This document shows positions 1-12,000 of a DNA stretch of 64,000 nucleotides, piece by piece. The translations under genes were made by a program, and so were the position numbers. The notes beneath the pieces are model-generated. The model was not told the DNA's origin. It worked only from the letters and a program-made list of their open reading frames with translations, and did no database searches. The stretch comes from Candidatus Omnitrophota bacterium (GTDB lineage Bacteria > Omnitrophota > Gorgyraeia > Zapsychrales > Fredricksoniimonadaceae): NCBI GenBank assembly GCA_030650275.1, contig JAUSEK010000015.1:3834-67833 (forward strand), written 5' to 3'. The first letter of the stretch is position 1, and every line of letters starts with the position of its first letter.

Positions 1-3000
1 GGTCCATCGGCAGCCTCTACGCCAGCCGTGCCGGGAAGGGCGCGGGTGGGGTCTTTTTTATGTCCGTAGTAGCTATGTCTCTGGGCAAATCTATGCCAGT
101 TGCCCGGCAAGAACGACGCATCCAGTGTCTCCCGGTAATAGCTGGAAGACACATCCAGATCGATCCACGGATTCTGGATCAAATGCATATCGAGCTTCAC
201 CCGCTCATCCGCCGAGAGATCTCCTGCGCTAACCATCCGCCGCTGGATCTCACCGCGGATCGACAGGATCCCTTTAAGGACTGTCCTACTGCCTGCTCCA
301 TTCGCCACCAGCGGTATCTTGTTTATCTCCACAGCATCTCTGGCCTGAGCTGCGGCCGCTTCTTCATCTCCGCCCGCCTTCCTGGCATCTTTTCTCGCGC
401 TCTGCTCCGCTTTTGCCTTCTCACGCTCTATGTACTCATGCCGTCTCTGTAACTGCCCCGGGTCCAACTCCACATCCTGTAACCCCACAAACTCCCCATA
501 CAGCGCTCGCTGCATCCATCCATCTATGATCTGATGCATCCCATGGTTGATCGCATCTTTATACACATCCATTTTCCCTAAATGTTGCGCTGTATAATGC
601 CTTACTCTTTTTTCTTCTTCCGTACTTAACAAATACACTATTTCTACCCTGCGGCCGGTATTTAACTCCAGCAACCGGAGCATCTCTTCGAATCCTTCTA
701 TCTCACTATCCTCTTCACTGCCTAAATCTGTATACCTTAAGATCGGGAAGGTATCGCGGAACGTCTCTTGCGCCAATCTGTGTCTGTCCGCCGATGGGAC
801 CTGTGCGTCCGCGCTCACCTTCTTGTAGTCGATCTTCCCCTGGATCCTCATGACCACAAAATCCAGGCCCAACACATACGCTGACATCAATGCGATCAGC
901 GGATGGCCCCAGACCAGCGGATTCGCTGTGATCGGCAAATATCCTACCCGCAATGGCCTGCTTCTTAACTCATAGAGCCGCTCGTCTTGCACGTCTGTCC
1001 CATACTTCATCGTTCTAAACTTGACAAACGGCTCCGTCTTGCCTTCTCTGGCCTTTTGTGCCAAACCTTTTAGCGCCATTTCCATCGCTATATACAACCG
1101 TGGAACGAAGTGCTTGGATGTCCAATCTGTTCGCCCGGGGTTCTCTTCATAGAGACGCCTGATCTCTTTGACTTGTTCCCTTAGGCCATTCGTCCCTGAT
1201 TCAATCTCACCGCGGATATGTGCCCACACCGACTCCACCGCTCTCGCGGCCTCTTCCTGCCGATGTTCCAAATTCAAACTGATGTCCACACGCCCATTGC
1301 CAAACGGCAAGTCTGCCCATTCCCAAATACCATCAGTCACAAAGATAAACGTATATTGGAAGCCTTTGTTGACTTTAACTGTGGTCTCATAAATCAACTG
1401 TCCATTTCTCTCCCTTACAAACTTAAGCGGCCCACCCTCCTGCCTCCAATTCTGTTGATCCTGGTCTTTATTCGTATACAGCATCACTTCTCCCCGGAAG
1501 GTCTTCGCATACGTGACCGCCCTTAATACCACTTCATCCCCGGACAGGGCCTGTTTGTGCACTTCATCGATATATCCTCGCCTTAACCGACGGCCGATCT
1601 CCTGTTGCCGGGAAGTGTTTTCTCCCTCACTAAGGTTGAATTCAGGGTACGCGCCAATCTCATGACCGAGGCTCAAAACCTGTTCTTCGAGGGTGTTGTA
1701 ATCGGGATAGTTATTGCTGATGATGAGGTATTGCTGACCGTTGCGGGTGACAATGGTGGCTAAGAACCCTTTCACGGGACCGGCGCGGACCAGGCCGGCT
1801 ATGGCCATCTGTCTTAAACATTCGGCCATATGCGCGGCACCGATGGCTTCCAAAGCCCGGATCGCCAGTTTCACCGCAGCGCTGTTCTCATCCAAAACTG
1901 CGAAAGTATTGATGTCGTGCCGGCTCATTTCGAGGTCGACTTCCTCCTGGCTCAACAGCTCTGTGTCCGGTAAACGGCGGGTGGGGTCGCCGGTAGTATT
2001 GGCAGCATCAACGGCAACACTTTTTATGGTCCTGACGATATCTCTGTGACTAAACACCATCCTCATGGTGCTGTTGCCGCCCGCTGCATGGGCCAATTCG
2101 TCCACACTTGCCGCCTTGATCTCCGCCACCAAATTCCCGTCCACAACACCCATATCTGTCATCTTCCTGATGATACCGTCAGCATTCTCTTCCACCTGCA
2201 CGATGTAAACATCCACACTTTCACGCACAATACCCTGATGCTCATGCGAATACCGGTATATGTCATCTACAAATCCATCCATATGCCCTGGTATTCCTTC
2301 CTTAAGATGCGTCCCGGCCGAGATTGTGTTGTTTTCAAGCCACATATCGATCCCTAAGGACCTTGCCAGAATTCCGGGATCTGTCCCGCGCGCGCTGAAG
2401 AATGTGCGGCGCCCCTTGGCTGTTGCGGTGCCCTGGCCCCGAATATAATGGATCAGATGTCCTTCCTTGGACACGATCACGAAAACCACCCTCTGCTCCC
2501 AAGATCCTTGAGGAGCCAATGCTGCCGCGGATGGATCCGCGGATGCTGTGCTGGGCAAGGCAGGGGTGTGGGCGATGACCGATTGTGCAGCCGGCTTCTT
2601 GCTCCCCCACATCTCATGCTCAATCGCATATTTATACCAACGGGAAGGCAATAAGGCACTTGCTGCCGGGTGGCCCTCTTTTAACTTCTCCCGCAACAAG
2701 GTCGAGGAGATGTTTAAGTCCACATCCGGACCTTTGATCAAAAACATCGGGATGTCAGAGGTCGCATAAGCACTACCCATATCCTCCCGCGTAGCCTTGA
2801 CCGCGCTGTGGATCGTATCGATCCCTTTTAATGTCTTCGGTCTGCCGCTCCCATTGGTCAGCGGTATCCCTGCCTTAGCGTCATGCTCAGCTTTTTGAAC
2901 AGCTTCCTCTATTTGTACCGGTTCAAGACCAGATTTCTCTGCCTTTGCTTTGGCCTTTGCTTTTTCTGTAGCAATATACGCGCTTCTTTTTGCCAGCTGA

Positions 3001-6000
3001 TCAGCAGTCAACGTCACATCTGTTAATTCCACGAATTCCCCATACAAGCCTCTTTGGATCCAGCCCATGGAGATCCGATGCCGCTTGCTATCAAACCGAT
3101 GTAAATTCTTGCTCAACATCTCATAATGCAGGCGTATGTAATGCTCCACCCTTACTTCTGTCTCGGTGCTGAGCAAATACACAATATGCAGCCTGCGGTA
3201 TTTGTTCATCGCAAGAAGATTAAACATCTCTTCAAAGCCTTCCACCACTCTTTCTTTTTGCGTCCTAGGATCAATGGGCAGATCTTCACTGCCCAAACTC
3301 GTATAACTAAATACCGGCCGCAACCCTTCCCTGATATCCTCTTGCAACAGCCTATGCCGGTCTTTCTTGGGCGCCAAGTCCTCCGGGGCCATCGGCTTAT
3401 GAATCGCTCCCTGACCGCGTTTGACCAATCTATCCGCCATTACCTGATTACCGCTGGCCAACAACACCCACGGGTGACCATATACTTCAGGGTTAGCCGT
3501 AAGAGGAAAATACGCCACTGTCGCTTCTTTGAGCGGTACGAGCATAAAGAACATCTTAGTCAACCACTCAACCAGCCAGTTGCGCTTGATCAAACTCACC
3601 GGTGCAAACACGTTGATCTTCCCTTCCCTGGCCAAGCGCGCGCGTTGTTCTATGCCTTCCTGGAACACCCTAAAAAGATTCTCGGACACTATGCGCACTT
3701 CACTGCCTTCCGGCTCCTGCATGGCCGCCTCATAACCCGGCCTCATGTCTTCTTCTATGTACCGGGCTACGCGGTTGATCCTTTGCTCCTGCATGATCCG
3801 ATAGGATTCCCTCACAGCGCCGCGGATGCCTAACTCCGTCATCTGCTTGAATTTTAAAATGAATCGCACGCCGGCACCGACCCAGTCCGTGCGGGCTTCC
3901 AGCCGATGCTCGTATTGAGCAAACAGATGTTCTTCGTGCAGATTCTGATCGTGGGTGCCGTTGTTGCTTTCGTGAACAAGAGTGTAACTAAAGAAAGAAT
4001 TGTCGTTAATGGCGATCAGAATATACTCTAAACCATTGACCCGGACATGCGCCCCGTAGGCTGTTCCCATGGAACCCGCACGCACACGGCCGGCTTGCAT
4101 TAAGGCGCGCAACTTATCGGCTTTGTCTTTCTGTCCGGCAGCCTGATGATACAACAATACCTTTTGCGCGTCTTCCATCTGCTCATACACCGCCTTCCAA
4201 CCATGTCCGTGGATCGTGTTGCTTTCGATCAAGTGACGCGCTTCCGCTTCCACTTCACCAGCTGTATGGCCGGGACGGGGTTTGGCAGGATCGTTCGTTG
4301 TAGACGGCTGCCAGGTCCAATCGGATCTTTCACGCATTATTCTCTTAAAGTTTTCCGCAATGGTCTGTTCCTGCTCTGCTGTCAACGGCCTCTTTTCTCC
4401 AAAGGCAAACGGCAGGCCGCCCAGGGAATTTGCCCAACCCGCGGCCCCCATCAAGAGGTCCGACTCTTCCAAAAGGTGATAAACTCCACGACCAAACTGC
4501 GGGATGGTCGGCTGGATCGCCATCTCAAAGGTGCCGTCCTCGTGAATGCGCGCCACGATCAATGCCGTAAGACCGTGGCGATACATGTCCAAAATGTCCT
4601 GATGGGCCTTAAAGACGATCGCTTCCAGATCTTTTCCGAGATAAAAAAGCGCTCTGGCCGGCCAGCCGTTCAATTCGCCATAAACCATATCTTGACCGGC
4701 CGCTCCGGTCCGACGGAAGGTGACAAGGCCGGAATCAATGGCTCTCCAGAGCGGATTCCTCATCGGAGCTGAATGAGTATGCCAATGCCCTCCCTGGCTG
4801 GCCCCACCGCCCTGACCATTGGCCCAGGATTCGAACTCTTTACCGCGGGCGGCAGTAAACAACAAAAAGTCGCGCAGTCTATCAGCATCATCAAAAGTCA
4901 GGGCAACTCTGTCCTTGGCCAGCAGCATGATATGTCCCCGGGCCCACTCGCCGATCACCGTCGTTATGAAATATTCATGGCCTGTACCGCCCTTGGCAGG
5001 ACCGATGACCTGAAAATTTCTGCGCACATTAAAATCACACATGGGGCAATCTGTGTCCGGATGAGGAACATTGACCCTCACCCGCGACGCACCGGCATCT
5101 GCGGACTCCAGCGCTCTTATTTTCTGGGCTTCTGCATTTTTAGCCAGCGCTGCGGCTTCATGCGCCGGTGTGGCATAGCGGACCAGGATGCCGGTCGGTG
5201 TGCGGTGAGGATGGAAGACAAGGACCAGCGGAATGCCGTCTTCAGTCCTGATATCAACTTCATTGCTATGATCGAACCGATGGATCATTTCACCATCGGG
5301 GCCCATCTGCTCTGCGGCTGTTTCATAGCCCCTTTGGATCTCCGCGTCGGCAAAACCGACATTGTGTCTGGCGCGGGCCAGATCAATTGATGTCTGACGG
5401 CGATCACTTTCAACCGCGGGCGGCTGCCAATCCCAATCGGAAGCGTTGCGCATCATTTGTTCGAACCGGTCCGCCACGATCCGGCGTTGTGTTCCATCCA
5501 ATTCCTGGGCAGGACCAAAAGCATACGCCACACCACCCGGGATCCGGGAAGATCCGTTGCGGGTGGATATCAATTCCGGACCAAGCGGCTGCTCAAGCAG
5601 GTATGTTACACCGGACATGGCACCCAATTTTCTTGGACCGATCACCAGTTCATAAGTCCCATCATTCAATACACGGGCATTGATGGCGGGGGTGCTATTA
5701 TGATTATATAGATCTCGTAGATCTCTACTTGCAACCTGGACCAATTTTTGGACATTTTTACCTCTGTATATCCTCACTCTCGCCGGCCATCCCTCCATCT
5801 CACCGAACACCACATCGGATCCGAAAAATCCAGGATTCACAATAGTGACCTTACCGCTATCAATGGCCTTCCAAAGCGGAGAACGGAGCGCGGCGGAATG
5901 AAAATGCAGATGCTTGCCTTGTCTGGCGCCGCCCCCTGGGGCATTGGCCCAAGTTTCATGATCGCTGCCGCGTGCCGCGGTAAAGAGCAGCAAATCGCGC

Positions 6001-9000
6001 AATCTATCGGCATCAACGAACACCTGGGTGACTTTATTCTTGGCAACAGCCATGACCATCTCACGGCCATATTCACCGATAACTGTGGAAATAACGTACT
6101 CATACCCCACCGGGCCGACCGCGCGGTCCATGATCTGCCAAGGTTGTTTCGCATCAAAATTACACAACGAACAATCAGTGTCGGAATGGAGCATGTCAAC
6201 CGTTGTTGGTTCAGGCTGCCCATTACCTGCCAATGTCCGGCCCGGCAGGAAGGACAGCACGAACCGGACGCCATTTGTAGAAACAATTTCCACATCAGTG
6301 GAGGCATCATATGGATGGATGTTTGTTCCATCCGCGCCCTCTCTGGCCGCGGCGCGATCATAGCCATTGCGAATTCTCGCGGCAGCAAATCCTATATTAA
6401 CTTCAGCATCAGCCAAACTAATTGATGCCTGGTCTGCTTCCGCTTCCAGCCATCCCCTAGCTTTGTCTTCTCTGATAGTATTAGTTCCATCATCGTAGCC
6501 GAATGCGCTGCCGATCTCATGGGCGAGGCTCAAGACCTGTTCTTCGAGGGTGTTGTAGTTGGTATGGTTGTAGTCGGAATAATGGTCGCTGATGATGAGG
6601 TATTGCTGACCGTTGCGGGTCACAATAGTAGCTAAGAATCCTTTGACAGGGCCGGCACGGACCATGTGGTCTCTGGCCATCTGTCTTAAACGTTCGGCCA
6701 TATGCTGCGCGCCGATGGCTTCCAAGGCCCGGCTGGCTAATCTTACTGCGGCATTATTTTCATCCAGCACAGTGAAGGTATCGATGTTGTGCTGGGCCAT
6801 TTCAAGGTCAACTTCCTCTTGGGTCAACGGCGTTGTACCCGGCAAACCACGGGTCGGGTCATTGCGGGCCCCTCGACCATAAGAACCTTTCAATCCATAA
6901 GAAACATTTTTCAATAAACCAAAGGGTGTCAGAATAATACCTATAAGGACCAACGGCATTAAAGTCAGCAGCCCATGGATAAAGATCAGAAGCCGGTCAA
7001 TGCCTCCGGTCACCCGTTTCCCGTCCGTCACACGGACAGTCGTGCCGCTGACTAAAACCTTGCCCCAGTTTCTAAATTCATTAACCACGATCCCCAACCA
7101 CCCGAACAGGCCGACATCGTACGGCGTGGAACCGGGATTGTAGAATGTTGCCGAATAATACGTGGACAAGAAATACATAAACACCGGCCAGGACAACCAT
7201 TGCGAATCATTGTGATAAAGCCACAAGCCAAGGCCGCTAAATGCCATGCCCAGCAAAGCCGGTGACAGATGCGATCTCTCAAACGTTTCATACGTTGTCG
7301 GCTGCTGTTCATTAACAGCGTCATGAAGAACAAAATAGCGGTGTTCAAGGCCAAGCGTCCTGCCGGATCCCACGTATTTGGCATCGCCTCTCTGGGCCGT
7401 GTCCACGCCCTGCTTGTGGACGGAAACGAAGAACTGGAAGAATGGTGAGGTCATTAGAAGATATGTGACCCATTGATCAAATCCTGGGCTAAGCAGAATA
7501 ATGGCCAGCGGCGTGAAAGCCAGCAAAGAGATGGCCCCGTAATAGTATAGGCCTGATAACACAGCCAACTGGGCCAGGAACGGTACATAATTTCTCATTT
7601 GTATCCTGCCCAAATGAACGACCAGGATCGCAACAGCATAGGTTGCCAGAAGCGTCATCCACAGTGGAGCTGTCCCGAACATCATGACCGCCACCTTGCC
7701 AATAATAAACCACTGCACCGCCAGAGGGACCATTCTTCGTTTCTCGATCGTACCCAAAAGCCCGTGGTCAAAAATGAGCCGTACCAGCCCCGTCAACGTC
7801 GCGGCCTGGGAATAGATGATGCCGACAATGGCCAGCGATATTTCAAGAATGAACGCGGCAAAACCGCTTAAGCCCAGATAGACCAGGAATCCGGCATAAG
7901 AAAGGTTCGAGTTGTGCACGTGCGGCTCTTTGGTGTAGAAGCCGGTGCCGCCGAAGAAGTGCGTCAAATTGCGCAGGCGTCGGGTCACAAGATTGCCATA
8001 GACCGGTGCGTCCCTTAAATTTCTGGCCGGTTCAGAATGATATTGCTGCGCGCCGCCGCCGCCAAACTTGCTGTTCTTGGCCGCAACCCCCATAAGGCTG
8101 ACTTCACGGGCCTTGCCGGCCTTGGTATAGTAAATGAGCCTGACCTGCTTGCCTTTGGCCGTCCATTCATAGCCGGAGGGAATGTCTTCATTGACCACAT
8201 AGGCCTTGGTAATGCGGCCGATCATGTCCGTATAATTGGTGTCCCACCAATCCGGGTGACCATATTGATACCTCTGCTTACCAACCATGTCCTGGCTGGT
8301 TTGGACGACCAGGTTAAAGGTGCGGTCAGCATGCGCGTCAGCGGCGCCTTCGACAGAAATGTGCTCGGTAAAGATAAATTCAGGAAGCCCCACATTGATC
8401 ACATTGTTGTGTCTGAATTCCTGCGAGACATTAGGCGCCAGGAACGCGTCCTCGATGTAAACATCCTGGTTCTCATCCATGCCCTGCATATGCCGAACCC
8501 GGACAAACGGCTGCATGTTGATCTGGTTCGCCGGTTTGCCCTGGAAGGAAACCATCCTACCCGAATATTCCAAACGCATGATCACATGCGTCGGCTGACC
8601 CAAGGCATCGATGTCCCCTGCCCTGAAATAAACGCTGTTGCTGTTGGCGATCTTGTTGACCGTCTCCATATAAACGATTTCCAGATTGGAATAGATCTCA
8701 AACAGGCGAAGATAATGCGCCAGCAATTCCGGTCTGGCGGAAATGCCCTCACGCGGATTTCCAGCAATGCTTTCCCAGACCTGGAAGCCCAACAGCGGCT
8801 GGAATTGGTCTTGCACGCGCTGATGGACCATCGCCTGCCATGCCGCTTCGGAAGCATAGATGCTGCGGTCGTGGTAATTGATCTCAGCCAAAAACGTGAG
8901 GGCCTCTTCATAATGCATGATGCCGCGCACGGTGCGGCCGATGGTCTGGAACCGGGAAGCGGCCCACATCTGCACTTCAAATTTCACCCACGGATGTTGA

Positions 9001-12000
9001 ATGATCAACGGCTGTCCGCGTCTTAAATTCTCCATATTCTCCAAATCCCGCACGATCTGCGGATCCGTGACAAAACCATTGGCGTCCCTGCCGCCCGGAG
9101 CATCGTTATGGCCTCTCATGTTGATGCCTCTGGACAAACGCCGGATCACATTGCGCCACTGGTTCGGGGTCAGATCGATCATGTAAGTCAAATTCGTATG
9201 CCGGCCTTTGTCACGACGAATGTTGAGCTGGTCCAAAAGGAGATCTTCATTGGCATATTTGGGTATTCCCACACCGATGGAAATCTCATCAAAATCCGGC
9301 GCCTGTGGCATATCCATGGTGAGCTGTTCATAGATCGCATATATCCTGCGATAGACATCCGCATCCTTCGGGGCCTTGCTAAGATCGGGCCATTGAATGA
9401 TCACACCGTTGAGCCTGTCATTGCCAAGGCCTTCCCCTTTAATCTTGAATAAATAGGCTGCCAGCTGACCTTCGGACATTTCGTCTCTGATATTCATGCT
9501 TCTCATCTGGGCATTCCACCAGATGGCAAAGGCAATGTCTGTTTGCTGGGGCGTCAAGCGGCCGACGGATCCCGGCAAGACCTTGGTGACGAAATTCCTG
9601 CGCAAAGTGCCGCTGTGCATGGCCAGCCGCACCCTCCACCAAAATGGGAAGATGTGTTTACCGACATAGGCCAGTTTTCCGGCAGCGAGAATGGCCTGGG
9701 CCGCCTGGAACAAAGAATACAGAGACAGGACGTGATAGAAAATGAACGGCAGCCACAAGATCACCTTGGCCATGGTGCCGCCGACGAAATATCCGAGCAC
9801 GAACCAGCTGCCGAACACCAACGCCATCACCGGTAACGGGGCGATCAGGGACACAACGGCCCATGCCACGCCCTTCTTTTGGTCCCAACCAAAATTCTGG
9901 GCGATCTTAACTTTCAGCAGGATATAAACGAAAAAGAAAAGGATGCCATTCGAAGGCGACCGCAGATAACGCAGAAGTCCCGGGAAATCAATGTAGGCAA
10001 AATAGTCAACCGCATTGACCGCATCCAGGACGTAAGGAATGACATAATTGTTCCATTCATAATGAACAAAAGAAACAGCCGCCCAGACGAGGACCATGGT
10101 CAGGGTGTTCCAGAATTGTTTCGGGGCGGGGATGCCTTGGTAGGGCGGGACCGGTTTACCATAAAGTCCTGTACCGGCCGTTTTACTTCTGGGCGCTTGC
10201 CATATGTGTTCGATCACCTTGAAAAGAGCATAAAATCCGCCTAGGACCACGGCGATCTTGACAGCCGGACCCTGGCCGGCATTGTGCCAAATGGCGGCAA
10301 TGAACGTCAACGCCGCGTATTCATAAATCCCGATGTTGGCCAGGGTGGTCTGAATCCAGCCCTTCCAGCTCAAGGCCCCGCCCATCATTTCATTGTAGGT
10401 TTTATAAGGCGTCAGGTGGGCCGGAAAATTATTGCCTTGGGCTATGGTGGTGGCCGGGTCCCAATGAACGCCGCCGTTCCAATAATGAGCCAAATAAGCT
10501 TTGATATAATCAGGCGTCCTGAAAAGGCCTTCCATGTTGTCATGATTGACATATCCGGGCAGATAACCGCCTCTTTGCGGTTGGGACCGCATCCACACCG
10601 ACCATCTCCGGGCTTCGGCTTCGATCGCAGCGCGCACCTGGACCGACCGTCCTTCCGCAACCATGTGGCGAGCCAGGTGGAACAGGAACCATGTGACGTC
10701 GGAGGAAGCGCGCATTTCATCCGCGATCATCAGCACAGCGAAATAAATCCTGAGATCTTCACGGGTAAAGACCATGCCGCTCGCATCAATGCCCATGACC
10801 TCCCTGAGTAACCACAAATACCGTTCAAACAGATCCGGGGAAACCGTGTGGTTCGTCATCACGGCCGGAGCGCTCATCCGCTCACCAAGCGTCTTTCTGA
10901 CCTTCATTTCCATGCCGAAATGTTGGGACGGCGTCAAACCGAAGCTGGGCTCCAACGGCGCACCGGTTGAGATCTGCCGGAATGAAACCCTTCTGCCGGG
11001 ACGGGCCCCTCTGATGCGATTTATATGCTTGGCGAGCCAGCCGAGAAGGAAGGCGGCTGCGGCCGCTGCGACCAGCACTTTAACGAGCGTCAGCAGAACG
11101 GTGCCCTGCTCCTGTAATTCTTTTATCCAGCTGCTGCGCAGATCGGTGCGGACTTTGGGATTTTCTTTCGCCAATTCTCCGTTGATATACCTGTATTGCT
11201 GTTCATGCCAGACCCCCTGGATATTGACGCCCCCCGAAACAGGTTCTTTTTCATAGACCTGGACGGCGGTGGCCATGTCAAAATCGGTCCTGCCGAGATC
11301 GGCATAAGGAAGCGCCAGCGGATTGGGATCACCCTGGTCGGTATGGGCCGTAACCGCATATTCGGAGTGACGATAAATTTTGACCTTGTCCGTTTCTAAG
11401 ATCTGTCCAACATCGGCAGGCGCGGCCTGTTTGAGGACCAGGGCGGAAAAGACCGGGTTCTCAAATTCATTGATATATGTGATCTCATCCTTATAAGGAT
11501 CAATGAGGGCCCCCTGATTGAATACAGCCAGAGGCGTGATAATGTGCAAACCGGCTTCAAGAACTTTGCGCCCGGTGAAAAGATTATAGTAAACGGCCCG
11601 TTTGAACCGGTCGCCACGGACATCATAAGCCAGGAGTTTATTCCCACCGACCTCGGTAGTCCCCCGGAAGACCTCGCGCGTGGGGCCTTCCCCGCTACGG
11701 AACAGTTGAATGTTCTGCGGCATGATGTTGGACGAAGGCAGATCGGTCAAGGACACGATACTGCGCAGGTCCGCCGTAGCACGGTGCATCCACCAGGTAT
11801 TGATGGTCATGTTCCCGGCGGAGGTGATGACGGCCAATGAACGCCCGTTGCTGTCGAAACGACGCAGGACCTGAAACGAAGGCCTGGTCCACACCCCGGC
11901 CATGGTGCCGCCGAGGTTACGGGGCTGGTTCTGGTCACGGATCATGATCAGTGAGGTGTCCGGAGTTATGCCTTCCTGCTCAAGGTCCTTCCATAGGTCC

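Noticed and set aside
6900-10900. Eukaryotic contamination as the source of the FKS-like sequence
   Set aside because: The segment is intron-free, in frame with bacterial-type domains on both sides, and similar in composition to the adjacent upstream sequence; read-level confirmation is still advisable.
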